DNA of 64,000 nucleotides from Chlorokybus atmophyticus (GCA_009103225.1 RHPI01000810.1:558001-622000), one strand, 5' to 3'; counted from the first letter of the stretch, positions 38,787-53,029 are shown. The notes: generated by a model from the letters alone, not told the origin. Translations and numbers: made by a program.

Positions 38787-39246
38787 CCTAACACACTACA
38801 CTACCCCTATTACCCCGTTAATCATGCAAGCATGCACATACTTGTGCACTCGGGTTGGTTGGTTGGTTGGTGTTTGCTGTCGCTGCTGTTGCCTCACCAA
38901 CGGCATTGCACATAGATCACTTAGCGCTCTTGTAGTAGGGTAGCTCTGGGTGTAATATAAGTGTATTGCCTTGCTTGCTAGCTTGTGTGTGCCTGTGACT
39001 GTTGGCTACTTTGAGCACGGACGCATGCTTGGTTGCATTTTTGCAAATATGACACATACCATATGCATATGCGTTCACTTGCCCATAGGGCCGATTGTGT
39101 GGACACAATGCACGAGACAAGAGTGCATGCCTGCAGGTGAACGCATATGCATAGGGTATGAGTCATATTGCAAGAATGCAAGCAAGCATATGCATGTGCA
39201 TGCTTGCATGGCTAACGGGGTAGTAGGGGTAGTGTAGTGTGTTAGG
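38787..39246. repeat. Nested foldback (palindromic) element
   Basis: Outer arms 38787-38839 / 39194-39246 (50/53 complementary); inner arms 39025-39078 / 39137-39189. Confidence 0.88.
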
Positions 39247-40176
39247 AATGAAGTACATTCAACCACCAGGCTAAACTACTACACCTAGACGATCAACTAT
39301 ACCACCACCCTGTTAGTCATGCAAGCATGCATGCACCAAAATTCACAAAAGATGCAACAGGGAGTTGTATTTGCCTGCCCACATGAGCCGTTGTGAACAT
39401 CACACCCGGCATGGTGTTCATGTGAGTCACCATCGAGTAATTAAAGTGACTCACATCAGCACCACATCCAGTGTGGTGTTCATGCGAGTTTATTGGCCTA
39501 TTTGCAGTCCACACTGGGATAATGCGCAACGGCAATGACGCGCGCGAAGAAGGATCAAAGGAGCGCGTCAGGTGTAACACGCGCCCCCCTTCCTCCCCCC
39601 CNNNNNNNNNNNNNNNNNNNNNNNNNNNNNNNNNNNNNNNNNNNNNNNNNNNNNNNNNNNNNNNNNNNNNNNNNNNNNNNNNNNNNNNNNNNNNNNNNNN
39701 NNNNNNNNNNNNNNNNNNNNNNNNNNNNNNNNNNNNNNNNNNNNNNNNNNNNNNNNNNNNNNNNNNNNNNNNNNNNNNNNNNNNNNACTGGTCGTCAATG
39801 GTATCAGGACACGGTGCGCATGCTCGCACCCAAGCTTCCTATCATGCACAAGCTAACGTGACGAAACCAAACTCAAATACGAATAAGCCTTTATAAACCA
39901 GAACTGTTATGCAAATTGCGACACCTATTGACTGCCATGCATTGCATCTCCAATCAATAGTCAATGTGTGCAGCATACCACATATATTGTGTAGCTTAGT
40001 GGTCAGGCACAAGGAAACATGTTGTGAGTAGTGGGAGCAGGCTGCTCCATAGTTTAGGTTACATGAAGTAGTATGTCAATTCCAGTCACCTCGGAGGAGT
40101 GTTATACAAGGGTATGGGTATATGGAAGTCTCCAAAACAGGAGTACGCATGGAGGCTCATGAGTACAAGAAAGGCT

Positions 40177-42938
40177 TCAGGTCCTCTGCCAACATACACC
40201 AATTTTGTCAGACACTGCCATTGCTGCATCATGCGATGCCTAGATTGGTCACCATCAATCAAAAAGACAAACAGCGGGAGCCAACATGTCAATCACAGCT
40301 TACCAAAAGCGGCAAAGGCATAACCAGCCTTATTGAAGCCGCAGTAGACACAGGTTTGGTACAAAACTTCTTCAATTTCAGCCGCGGTGGCACCCTGCAC
40401 CGCGTGGGTTGGTTTGCATGATAACACATAACCCCTGGCATCGATTGGTACTCATTGCACAAAACTGATACGACACAAGTATACAACGACGTGACTGCGT
40501 TACCGTCTTTGCCGCCAACTTGCAATGCAGCTCGAAAGGGTTGCCTCTGCCACGCACTAGGCCAGCAGAGACGTCCACAGCGATGGCACAAAACAGCTTG
40601 TGCTTTTGTGGAACCAACTTGCCATCTGCATAGGACCGATGCTGAGAGCAGTTTTACGGCTTGCATCAACACCCTGTCATGGCTGTATAACTGACTTCTT
40701 GGCCGTAATGCCTAACACAGCAGCCAACAACCACCTCAATGACAATCTTGCATGCTTATATTGTTGTAAGCTTCTGCTTGCCATCAGCGCACAAGGACTG
40801 AAACAACCAGCGCGGACTAGGCATCGCTTGGGCAGACGACGCAGTCACTGATGGCTTTTATACCGCAGGACCTAACATGCCTTTGTGGTCTGAGACGCCA
40901 ATACTACAAAAACAATATTGCGTACCCCAGCCATCGGCTCCAGTGCGCATGTAGAAGTCCGCATATGTGCTGTTGATGGACTGCAGCGCTGCCAGTGTGG
41001 TTTGATCCTCACGCATGCCTGGTAAAATAACAAGCCACCAGGCTGGCAATCAGTTTCCAGCCAGCCTAACACCACCGCCAGGCTACCACCAACATCATCT
41101 CAATGCACAGTATTGGCCACTGCCTAGCCAGGTTGGTGTTTACATGCATACCGTTTTCATAGTTGGCTCCTGAAGTTTTGGTCGTGCTCCAAGAGTACTG
41201 CCGGCCTGTTGTGCTGGCAACCGGCGTCGGAACTGTTGCTGTTGCTGTTGCAGTTGCAGTTGACCACAGCAGCGGTGTCCCAAAGTCCGTTTGCTCTACC
41301 AGCACACTGCATTGTTAGTGCACACCACACCCAGTACCAATGATTGCATTGCTCTGTGTAGTCTGGTCAACCATTACGAGCATTTCCCTGTGCCTAGCAA
41401 CTGAACCAACGCGGCACCTTTGGCCTTCATCTCTGCAAACTTCCCGAACGCGCCAGCAGCTTTGTTGAACCCACAGAGCGTGCACGATAGCAACAGAATC
41501 TCCTCCAACTCCTCAATGCAAGTACCCTGCGCAGCCGCATGCTCGTCAATGCCAGGCGACTGAAGAAGGGAAGCACTCAATCCCGTGACATGCAATGCAC
41601 CACAACAACTTTGGGGTACATCTCAAACAAGGTGTCCTTCAGTGTAAGTATTCTTGACGGATGAGGAGCCGCACCTGCTTTGCGGCCATGTCTATATGTG
41701 CGACATACGGCGTGCCCGGTCCAGTGATGGTGGCATGCAGCACGTCGAGGATGATGGTGATGAACACCTTGACCTTCTGAGGGATCAGCCGCTTGGAGAA
41801 AGCATCACTAGCGGCGCGGACGACGTACTCACCAAACAGTGGATTGATGCCTTTCAAACCAGTGCATAGCGCACCATCCCCAGCCACAGCTGCAGGCCAA
41901 TGGGACACATTGTTCAGGGCAGTGGAAACGAGACAAGAGACACTGGTCATTGCGTGATCTCTGTTGTCGGTGAAGCAAGAAGTGTACACAACAGCTGGCA
42001 AATGCGAACTGACTGCAGTTCATCATGCTTATATGTTTTAACATCCATGAATACTGTTGTTGTTCGAGATGTTAAAACAAGACGGGAGCACAACCACCAA
42101 CGACTGTGCTACTTGCAAGGCAATGATCTCGGAGGAAGTGTCAGCAACAGCGCCCATTGCACTGACGCACATACTGATAACCGACCAAAGTGCACCCAAT
42201 ATGCATGTAGGTACATTCCACCACAATTGTTGGCGTTTGTATGTTTGTGCAACGCTCGACAATGGAACAAGCAGCGGAAGCGGTAGGTAGCAGTAATTGT
42301 TGTGTGCGACAGGGCGGGGGGGGGGGGGGGGGNNNNNNNNNNNNNNNNNNNNNNNNNNNNNNNNNNNNNNNNNNNNNNNNNNNNNNNNNNNNNNNNNNNN
42401 NNNNNNNNNNNNNNNNNNNNNNNNNNNNNNNNNNNNNNNNNNNNNNNNNNNNNNNNNNNGGGGGGGGGGGGGGGGGGGGGGGGAGAGCCACAGCGATAAA
42501 CTGCACGTCACCAAGGAATCATGCAATGCTACCACGATGGCTGCTGGATTGCTTACTCAAACTTGACATACCGTTATTGAGGATGGCGGGGTCGTAGTTG
42601 ACAACGACATTGGCAACGGGGCAGTCGAACAATTGTTGGTCGTTGCTGTTGGTTGTGGCGGAGGCAGAGGCAGTGGCAGTAGCAACGCCCACGCCGTTGC
42701 CATTATTCTGGGCGGAGCTGCTGACGCACAGAGGCAGCCGCCGCTGGCCGGAAGCAGCACGCCAGCACGCAGGGGTGCTGCCGCGCAAGCCGGCGGAACC
42801 CCGCCCGCTCCCGGCAGTGAGCCGACTGCCACGGTGCTGTGAGCATAGGGAAGCCCCAACAGCCAACCCCCTGCTGAACGGCACCACCATCATTGCGCGC
42901 CCCACCCCCGCCCCGGCCACCGCCGCCGCTCCCGCCAT
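40177..42938 (-). CDS. Tandem carboxymuconolactone decarboxylase (CMD)/AhpD-fold protein with N-terminal organellar transit peptide
   Basis: Two spliced repeats: LKGINPLFGEY..LIPQKVKVFITIILDV..YVAHIDMAAK..TCIEELEEILLLSCTLCGFNKA and LQSINSTYADF..LVPQKHKLFCAIAVDV..FELHCKLAAKTGATAAEIEEVLYQTCVYCGFNKA. The 3' end is either 40293 or 40177. Confidence 0.75.
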
Positions 42939-44089
42939 CACCACCGCGACGCACACAGCTACGCCACTGAGCTGAGCGGTCCGCAAGCAGCTGACGGGCC
43001 TTGTTCGGCTGGCGAACGAACCACATGACGGTACTACGTAAGTTTAATTCTGCTTGAAGCTGCTCGCGGCAAGTTAGTCAGGCGGTTCAGGAGACGTTAG
43101 GTGCGGGCCGGCGACGCAACCGTAAACTGGCAGCGCAAAACGCTACGCTACGACGCATTTAGTACGGAAAGGCCACGGGTCAGCCTTGCCCAGGAGGACC
43201 TTCCAGTTGTGCCCGGGGCAGGACGCCAGCCAACAACTTCTTGCTTCTTGTGTTGCGACATCAACATGGTTCAGCAGTGTAGTCTGTCACCATGCCTAGC
43301 ACCTACAACACAACTACACAGCACTACGACAACATCCGGTCGCGCATCATCCTCACGCCAGGCAGAGGAAGGTAAAGGGACCAGAGGGCATTGATTACCA
43401 GCGCACACATATTGTAGTATACCGTGCGCAAGCAGAGTTGTGCGTACACAGAGTAGTAGTTGAGATGTCTGTGTTTGGTGTAAGCTTATTGGGTCTGTTT
43501 GAACAGGGGGGAGGGGGGGGGGGGGCNTGTAGCCTACAATACATCTGTAGGTTTAGCGGATGTTGTGATGAGCGCTGCTGAAGATGTTGACGGGTGGGGC
43601 TGAAACTGTCGCGTGCAAGCTTCAGCTCTTGTTGTCGTAATCATTTTCGTTTGTTAAGCGGTGTCGATGGCTGAAAGTTAATGCCTCGAGGTGTCAACCA
43701 AACTCGCAGGATCCACATAAACGCTGCTGTGAGACAATTTTTTTTGTCCATGCCTTCCGCATGAACGCTTGCAGAACGCTATCCCACACCTGTAGAGACA
43801 AACAACAAGGCACAGCAATGCTAACACAACCATCTGCACACACTCACATGTAACAGTGGGCTGGCCTGGGCTGCTACCAACTGCGCAAGCAAAAATGCAA
43901 GCACGCAAAACAATGACCAAGCAGCAGGAAGTTTGGAGAAAGGTCTGGTGCACTCCAAGAACCACGGCATCCTGGGCTCCTACATCCTGCAGTGCGCACC
44001 TAATGTGCACCCTCTCGGTCATACTGCAACCCATACACATATGTACGGCATGTATAGCGCGCTTGCAATGCGCCTCAAGCAGTGAGACC

Positions 44090-44660
44090 GTACATGTGTA
44101 CAAACAATGCGGGGCGTGCTTGCTCGTGCATCGTGTCCTGCATATGTCACCAAGCATACGGCACACAGCAGGCCATCAACCTCACACATATTCAACCACC
44201 GAGCTATACTACTACATCTAGGCTAACAACTACGCCACCACCCCGTTAGTCATGCAAGCATGCATGCAGCAAAATGGAATCACCTGTACAAGCACGACAA
44301 CGCACGAGTAGCAGCGTCAATGACGGTAGTCAACGGCTGTAGTGGCAGCAGCAGCAACGCAGCATGCAGCATAGCAACGGCTCTCCCTCCCTCCCTCTCC
44401 CCCTCCCTCCCTCTCTCCGTCACCCTCATCCTCCTTTCCACTCCCTCTCTCTCTTCCTTTCCCTCCCCCTCCTCTGCCTCTCCTTCCTCCTCCTCCTCCC
44501 ACTCCGCCGTTGGTCCTGCAGGGCCCCACTGCCCTGCCCCTCTGCCCCGCCCCTCAGTCCTCCCCCTTCCCACGCGCAGTGATGGTAGTGCTGTTGTAGC
44601 TCAAGCTCCGGTCAGGTTTGCAGCAGGTTGGGTTAGGTGGTGGGGATGGTGTGCGTGCGA
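44090..44660. repeat. Copy of a dispersed ~600-bp repeat family
   Basis: 44190-44275 matches 39257-39342. The same block order (CCCCGTTAGxCATGC, GTCAACGG, CT-rich tract, GTCAGG...GGTGGTGGGG) recurs at ~53030-53600. Confidence 0.65.
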
Positions 44661-44963
44661 GGTACATAATAGGACAGCCTTTGTAAACTCACCCGCCGCG
44701 GGTATGTGTTTGAGAGAGTTGGTGAGTACTGTGTGCGCTACTGAGGGTGCCGCATGCAACTACGCAACATGCTACCTAGTAATGTGCTACACTTCACTCT
44801 GCTCAAACAGCACGTAAACAAATTGAAGTGTCGATCGAGCAATGTATTGGTGAGCAGCCTGCAAAAAGCTCTTTGTCACGTGTCAGGAGCAATCTGCAAG
44901 CTTTTACCTTGCGACCACGCCTTGCCTGTTATTATGTATAGACCACATATACATACATCTTGC

Positions 44964-47900
44964 CTACGTCTTTCCTTTATGCGACTCAGCACAATGATGG
45001 CAGTACAAACAGATGCGGTATCCTTTGGGCCATTTTGTAGGGTCAACCTGCGATGAAGGTTATCAGGGGCGCTGATTCTCATCCAAGTCACAACGCCGAG
45101 TTTGGCAACCAACCAACTCACTTGTGCCACTAGAAGGTTGATCTGCTCACGGAACAAAGCCTTGACATCTCGCATGTCCGCCTCCAGCTCCTCAACCTTT
45201 TAACGCACGTCAGTTGCAATGGTTGCAATAGAAGCGTCTGTTATGCAGCACATGGTACTTACCCGCTCGTTGCGCTCACCAATCATCGTTAGCGCAATCT
45301 CATGGTGTTTCTTGAGCTTTTCAAGCTCTTGTTTCAAGCGTACTGCTGCAGCAGCGTCCTGTGTTGTGATGCTGTTATTGGACTGACATGGCCTTGAATG
45401 CACGTTTGCCATATGACTGAGCGAGTTAACATTCATACTGCTTGAAGGGTGTTGGCAGACTCTTGGGCCTTGCAGAAGGCCTCATTCGCCGCATCCCTGG
45501 CTTTCTCCATGGCGTTCAATTGCTCCTTCAACTGCGCAATTGCTCCTTGCTGCTGCCTGTGACAACTCAAGTCAGGAGCGGTTTGTTGAACAGCATCATC
45601 ACGTTCCAGCAGGTTGCACTTCAGCAAGCCAGTCCACACCTGGCTTTGGCTGCTAGTCTCTCAAATGCCGCCCTCGCAACACCAGCAGGGACGGAACGCA
45701 GGAGCCCCTCAACATCATCCGCAAGACCCGCAGTGGGATCATCCTCATCGCGCGCTGTGGCAAAACCATTGCTCATGCTATGTCCCTTCCCTGTAACAGA
45801 GTTTTGCCGGGACAGCTGGTGCTTCTTCTCAGCCTGTGCACGGTGAAGCAAGGTCTGAGCAGTGTGCAATACGGTTATTCAGTCTGCTACCTGTCCTTGC
45901 CAACCTGACCTGCTCTGCCAATGCCGCTGCAGCTGCTTTGGCATCCGAGGCAGCGGCCTGTGCCTCTTTGAGTTGTTCCAAGGCCAAATCGCGCTCTTGA
46001 GTCAACCGTGAAAGCTTTGTCCCGAAGACCTGTGAAGACATAACAGTTTATAAGTACTGAACAACGGCCCTGTAAATGTGACTTACGATGCAGCACTTAC
46101 TGCCAGCTCCTGCTTCTGCCGGGCAATGGTTTCAAGCGCATCGCGAGTTCGATCATCGGCTGTCAGCATGCGGGTCTGCAAACTGTCCAGTTGTTCTTTC
46201 AAATCCTGCCATGAATACAGAATACCAGTAACTACTTGCCAGTGCATGAGCGTCGACACTCATGGTTATAAGGCTGCAAACATGTAAGACAACCACAACA
46301 GCTCTGCTTAGCAGCAGCATTGTTGATGTAAGGTGGTCACCTTGTTGCAGGATGTTTCAGCACGCAGAGCAGAGTCCAGCCTTGCAGCCTTAGCTTCTGC
46401 TGCAGCAGCAGCTTCTTCCGCTGCATGCACTGCCGCCTCCATACTTGTTGCCTGCTTGGCTTTTATATGCAACTCTGCCTTCAGGTCACTTGCTGCCTCT
46501 TCGGCCTCAAGCACACGCCTCTTCATATCCGTATCAACTCGTGAAGCTGCCAATGTCTGAGATGCTAGTTGACTTGAAAGCGCTTCAATCTATCATGACA
46601 TTACCACTTTTACAACACAACCATTGTTGCCTGCCTCTGTAGCCACACACTGTTGCATGCTTCTACAACTGACCTGTGCCATCAGTGGGCGCATGCTCAG
46701 GACTTCTCGTGAAAGTGCCTCTTCGCTGAAAGCCTCAAGTTCCCGGCATCGGGTCTCAAGTTGGCGAATCTGTCAAACAACAGTTAACATTGGTAACTGC
46801 ATGTATGGGCACAAGCTTATGAAAGACTGAAACGACTCTGCGTCTATCAGTGGCCTCTTGCCATCGACATGTATGCCTATGGGCATGATGAGTACCTCAG
46901 AGCGCAGCTTGTCTTCCCGAACTGATGCTTCGGCAACTGTGCATGCAACAGTCTGACAGACATCGCTATAAGTTGCAAACAGGAGAACGGAGGCAGTTGC
47001 ATAAACATGAGTCGAGGCACCAGCAACAAGCTAGCCGTGCAACCGGTGTGCTAGCTTCGGTACCAAGATGTGGAATCAAGGGTGCAAAGCAGATTGAATG
47101 CAGTAAACAGCTTACGTCACGTAGAGCCTGCAAGTTCTCTGCGAGCGCCGCATCACGCACTGACATCTTCTGCAAGGCCGCATGGCCTTCACCTTCAGCT
47201 TCATTGCGTGCTCTCTCTGCCAAGGCACGTGCACGTGACTCTGCCTCAGCCTGAAACTGTGTACGACATAACAACACTCATGGTAACACCATAATACCAC
47301 ATGCCGAGGTACTCTCAAGCTGTATAATTGCATGCATGTTCCGCAATGCTCGCTGGCCATGCAAGCAATCATACCGCAGCGATCTCCTCCTTGTGCTGGG
47401 CCAATACCAGTTGCAGCGTTTCTGCCTGTAGCTTGGCATCCAGAAGGGCTGCATCTCTGCAACCAAGCACACTTGCATTTCACTGTTTTGATAGTGTAAC
47501 GCATGATTATGACCAAGCCAACAGAACACAATGCGTCGCACCACATTGGCTCTGACAGTCTACGGCTGTCAAAGCCATCAGCAGCCCTGACCTGATGAGG
47601 TTACGATGGTGATAGCTGCATGTAGATGATGTGCTCACCTTTGCATGCAAGCAGCTGACAGATCGGCATCCAGAAGTGCCACTTTGGCCGCCAATCGTTC
47701 ACGTTCTACTTCCCAGTCTTTCTCACTCACACGTAGCCTTGCAACAATACCTGCATCAATCACGGTTAGGTGCACATGGCAAACTTTTCAAGAGCATGTC
47801 TAAACGCCATGACTGTGAACTAACCTTCAAGCTTCCCAACATTCTTCGCCAAGGCCTCGCCTTCGCGTGTGAGCTGATGAAATGAAAAATGACGTCAAAT

Positions 47901-48900
47901 AAGAATGAGGCAAGAAATACTCCAGCAGCGCTTGCAGAAGTCCGAGAATCACCTGGACGATAAGCGTGTCCTTTTGTTCCAAATGTGCTTGGATTTGCCC
48001 GCTGCCGGTTGTTGCATCCTGTAACTCTTGGCGCAAACGGGCAGCCTCTGCTTGCGATGCTTGGACCTAGTAGAATGGCGTCAACCACAAAAGCATTACA
48101 TAACAACTGTGGTGCAAACACGACACGACCAATGATTAATGACTCGCAATGCTTCTGAAACGTCTGTCAGTTACCTGCCGTTCAGCTTGCCCCAGACGTT
48201 GAGCAAACTCCTCCTGCAACGCAGCAAGCTCAGCCTTTGCGTCTTCGGCATCATCATGCTCTCGACCGTCTCCTTCCTCCAGCAGCCTTGCATTCTCGTC
48301 TCTGAGCTTGTCATTCTCACCCTGTAGACAAAATACGTGGGCCAGCTGTGGCTCAACCACTCAAACCAATGCTGCATCGAGACAAGTCACTCTACCGACA
48401 TGCAGTGCGCACCTGAAGGGCGCCGTTGATGACGGTCAGCGTGACCAGCTTGCCCTCATAGTGTTTGATTCTGATACGACACGGCATTTGCATAAGCTCA
48501 ACCGCTAGCATGCCATTGGGTACAGTGCAGCACTTTCGAGAATCTGCTAGCAAGCAACGACGCGTAGCAGGAGTGAAGTGAATAAGATACATTAGAGAGA
48601 GTGCGTACTACAGCGTCAGCCCACCTGTCTGTAAGCTCTTTGCGAACGCTTTCAAGCTCCAGACGAAGGCGCTGGCAATCCGCAGCTGAACATCATGCGC
48701 ATAGAACCAACGATGTCACTCAATGAGTACATCCCTGAGCGATGATTACTAGTTTACGAACTATGCTGCAAAGCACATCGACAAAGAGAGTTGCAGCAGC
48801 CAGGACTCAGCACACAGGACAAGGATATTATCTAGGCATTGCGCCAAAGGCTGTTAGATGCAACTTGCGCAGGTCCATTACCTGCATCCTCTTCACCCAT
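44964..48900 (-). CDS. Golgin candidate 5 / TMF1-like coiled-coil protein
   Basis: Many coiled-coil exons; LTREGEALAKNVGKLE..IVARLR (TMF N-domain-like); C-terminal LKQELEKLKKHHEIALTMIGERNERVEELEADMRDVKALFREQINLL (TMF TATA-binding-type domain). ATG at 48900 is phase-consistent. The last exon is uncertain. Confidence 0.85.
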
Positions 48901-49242
48901 TGTGCAAACAACCTAGTTTATCCGCGCCAGCGGCAGCGGGTGCCCATGGGGTGCACTGTACCTTTCTTGCCGCAAAAGGCAACAATCAGCTGCCGGATAG
49001 TGCCAGCTGGCAGGTGAAAGCTGTGCTTCCGTTCAATAGACCGGATGCTAATTGCCTTTCAAATCGGAAGTCCGGCAAAACAGTGGCGGAAGCTGCACCA
49101 ATTTCACGGAAGGCTGCCACGCTTCCGACTTGCCAAGGTGCCACGTTTAACATTAACTACAACCGTAGCCGTTTGCCATGGCGCCACTTGCTCGAGAAGC
49201 AATAACGGCAAAGGCAGTGTCGGTGTTGCTGTCGTTAGCGAG

Positions 49243-49251
49243 TTAGGGTTT
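49243..49251 (-). promoter_or_regulatory. Telo-box in the divergent GC5/SDH1 promoter
   Basis: TTAGGGTTT 54 bp upstream of the SDH1 ATG. Confidence 0.4.
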
Positions 49252-49304
49252 GGGTTTGTTACACGTCTGCTATTCTCAGTTGCATAGCGTTGGTGGCGGT
49301 GGCC

Positions 49305-52300
49305 ATGGCGGCGGCGGCGGTGCTGCGGGGGGCGCTCCGGCGGCAGGGGCTGTCGGTCTTTAGCGGAGCAGGTTTGTTGTCCTCTTCTAGGTCGTTCCAT
49401 GCAGGGCGCGCTCTCCAGCGCATACTCAGCGCACCCATCTCCCCTACATCGTCTGCCACACAGGTAAGTGTGAAGCCAGCAAGCTGGCAATGGCAACGCA
49501 ACCGCTCAGACGAGTATACTGATATGGAAACACTCATACGCAAGCTTGCTTTTTGTCGTTGCCCGTGACGTCGAGCCTCTCATGTTCCGGCATGTTGTCG
49601 CATGCATGGCTACTCCTCTTGGACGATGTTGGACGATGCTTGTAAGTGCCTCTAAGTTATGTCACTTACTGGTTGTCTGTGGAACAGTCCAATAACATTA
49701 CTTCGGCATACCCTATTGTGGACCACACCTTTGACGCTGTCGTGGTTGGAGCGGGTGGCGCAGGCCTGCGTGCAGCGATTGGGCTTTCAGAGCATGGTTT
49801 CAACACCGCATGCATAACCAAGTTGTTTCCCACGCGATCTCATACGGTTGCGGCTCAGGTGAGCGTTGGCAATATTGATTAAGTTGCGTTTATGCTTGAA
49901 GTTTGCTTATTGCTAGAGCAAGCTGATGCTGTAGTTTATTGCAGGGTGGAATCAATGCTGCTCTTGGTAACATGACTCCAGATGATTGGAGATGGCACGC
50001 TTACGACACAATCAAGGGCAGTGACTGGTTAGGTGAGTTGATCTGCTGTGTAAAGCGTGATTTCTTGTTGTGCTGCACCTCCTGCTTGCTTGGTTCTTAG
50101 AGAATGCGTATGTGCAGGCGACCAAGATGCCATACAGTACATGTGCAGGGAGGCGCCGAAGGCAGTGATTGAGCTAGAGCATTATGGCTTGCCGTTCTCA
50201 CGCACCGAGGAGGGCAAAATTTACCAGCGCGCGTTTGGTGGGCAGAGCTTGGATTATGGCAAAGGTGTGGCAGATGGCGTTTGTCTTGGTGTTGTGTAGA
50301 CGACAGTGGTTTCCATCGTGAGTGATTCTTTGTTACTGAATTATGCAGGTGGACAGGCATACAGGTGTGCCTGTGCAGCAGACCGCACAGGCCATGCTAT
50401 GCTTCATACACTCTACGGCCAAGCTATGCGCCACAACACACAGTTCTTTGTGGAGTACTTTGCCCTAGATCTGCTGATGGATGATGAAGGTAGGTGTTGT
50501 AGGCATGCATCCACTTAGTTTGTTGACAAGTGATACAAGCACCAACACCTGTGCGCCCTTAGGAACCTGCCGGGGAGTCATCGCGCTTTGCATGGAAGAC
50601 GGCACCATCCATCGGTTCCGCTCGCATCAAACAATACTCGCCACTGGGGTTAGTGTCTGCACACGTGCACCCTTTGTTTCTTTGTTGATACGGTTGATTT
50701 GCTACGCAGCTCGGTTTAACACCTTGCGCTGTTGTGTGCAACACCTGACACGATTGCCATTACAGGGTTATGGTCGTGCTTACTTTTCGGCGACCTCTGC
50801 TCATACATGCACTGGTGATGGTAATGCTATGGTGGCACGAGCTGGGCTTCCTTTGCAAGACTTGGAGTTCGTCCAATTCCACCCTACTGGCATATATGGA
50901 GCTGGGTGCCTGATTACAGAAGGTAGGCATTGCGCAGTCACCGGTTTGGAGCTGGTGGACGAGACAAGTCGAGCAGAGCCAATGACTCATGACGTCTCAA
51001 GATGGTGTTCTGGTTGCCGCATGAGTAAGCTCATTGACTGCTGCATACAGGCTCAAGAGGGGAGGGTGGCATTTTGCGAAACAGTGAAGGCGAGCGCTTT
51101 ATGGAACGCTATGCTCCAACAGCCAAGGATCTTGCATCCCGTGATGTGGTTTCACGGTCCATGACCATTGAGATCAGAGAAGGGCGTGGTGTAGGTATGC
51201 ACGTTTGTTACCTGTGTTGGACACCGTGAGAAGTACAGGACTGGTTTGCATCTTGCGGCTGTTATGTTGCCGATTCAACTGATGGCCGCACGCACCGTGC
51301 AGGCCCCAACAAGGATCACATCTACCTCCACTTGAATCACCTGCCCCCTGAAGTCCTGGCAGAGAGGTTGCCAGGCATTTCTGAGACAGCAGCAATTTTT
51401 GCTGGTGTTGATGTGACCAAGGAACCAATTCCAGTCTTGCCCACTGTCCACTACAATATGGGTGGCATTCCTACTAACTACAAGGGGCAGGTAACTCTCA
51501 CGACTTTCTGCACTGTTGTGATGGCCTAGATGGTGCATGCTGTGTGTGTTTAACTAAGCGATTGTGTTGTCTCAGGTTGTCTACAAAACTGAAGGAAATC
51601 CAGACACAGTGGTGCCTGGGCTACTGGCTGCTGGTGAGGCGGCTTGCGCATCTGTGCATGGTGCCAACAGGCTTGGCGCAAACAGCCTGCTGGACATTGT
51701 TGTCTTTGGGAGGGCGTGCGCAAACACCGTTGCAGAAACCACAAAGCCCGGTAAGTGTTTCCGACTGACAGCACGTGTGCAAGCACACTGAAACGCATTA
51801 GCTGAGAGTTCATGTCGCGGTTGCACTCAACAGGGGAGCCGCATGCGCCGCTGCCCAACCATGCTGGGGAGTCGACCATTGCTGCGCTGGACAAGCTGCG
51901 ATATGCCAATGGAAACCGGCTCACTTCTGAGATTAGGTTGAACATGCAGAGGGTAATGCAGGAAGATGCAGCTGTCTTCCGAACACAAGAAACTTTGGAA
52001 CAAGGTAATTCTCTGATATGAACAAATCTTGTTCTAAAAGGGGCAGTTTGCTAAGAAATGCTTGGTCCTGCAGGAAACAAGCGCATTGAAGATTGCTATC
52101 AGAGCTACAAGGATATCAAGTTGGTGGACCGCAGTTTGATATGGTAAGCGCCAGTTAGTGACAACTGCAATGTACTTACTAAGCAGGCATATACGCGGCG
52201 TGCTGATGTCAACCTTGATTAGGAACACCGATTTGGTTGAGGCTCTGGAGCTTGAGAACCTGTTAATAAACGCATCAGTCACCATGCATTCTGCTGAGGC

Positions 52301-52787
52301 TCGCAAGGAGAGCCGTGGCGCACATGCGCGTGAGGACTTTAAGGTGAGTAGCCTAACTATGCCAATCACTTGTAACCACATTGTGTTTGGCACACTTCTT
52401 ACCCCGCGCTTTATGTGAACATTGAAGGGCGGCATGTGTGTGCCTACAACAACGTGCTTGCATGCAATTGTGATGGCACCGTTCTGTGTTCATCCTGCCA
52501 TGCTGCACAATACTTCTTTTTAACTGCACGCCATTCAAACTTTATTTTGCCCTGCAGGAGCGGGATGACAAGAACTGGATGAAGCACACCTTGGGGTGAG
52601 TGCCTCGCACAGCCAAAAACCGTGTCAATGTGCGTTTGGCGCAGGTGTGGCAGATCCGGCTGACATTACTCTTGACAGGTACATTGACACTCGCACTGGA
52701 AAGGTTTCATTGGATTACCGTCCTGTGCATATGCAGCCCCTTGATGAGGAGATGGAGTTTGTACCTCCGAAAGCCCGTGTATACTAG
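49305..52787 (+). CDS. SDH1: Mitochondrial succinate dehydrogenase flavoprotein subunit
   Basis: Presequence; [29 protein letters not shown] (covalent FAD His), [49 protein letters not shown]; ends PPKARVY. Confidence 0.98.
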
Positions 52788-53029
52788 TTTTGCGTTGTTT
52801 CCAGAGCTTTACTTGCGGAAGTGTTGTCTGGCAGCCCTATTGACATAAAAACGCGACGTTGTTGATGGTGTGTCATTGTTGTAGTGTATAGTGTGTATAC
52901 ATACATTCTTTCCACGAGGCCGTTGTGGTTCGTTCTGTCTAGGTCAGTAGTGGGTACATGTCTCTTACCCTGCTCTACTTCATCGTGCGGACTTGTAAGT
53001 TGTAGTATGGTTGAGCATGTATTGGCCAT

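Noticed and set aside
41374-41595. Stop at 41374 ending the CMD gene
   Set aside because: The TAA lies inside a phase-2 GTAATG donor; splicing continues into a second CMD repeat.
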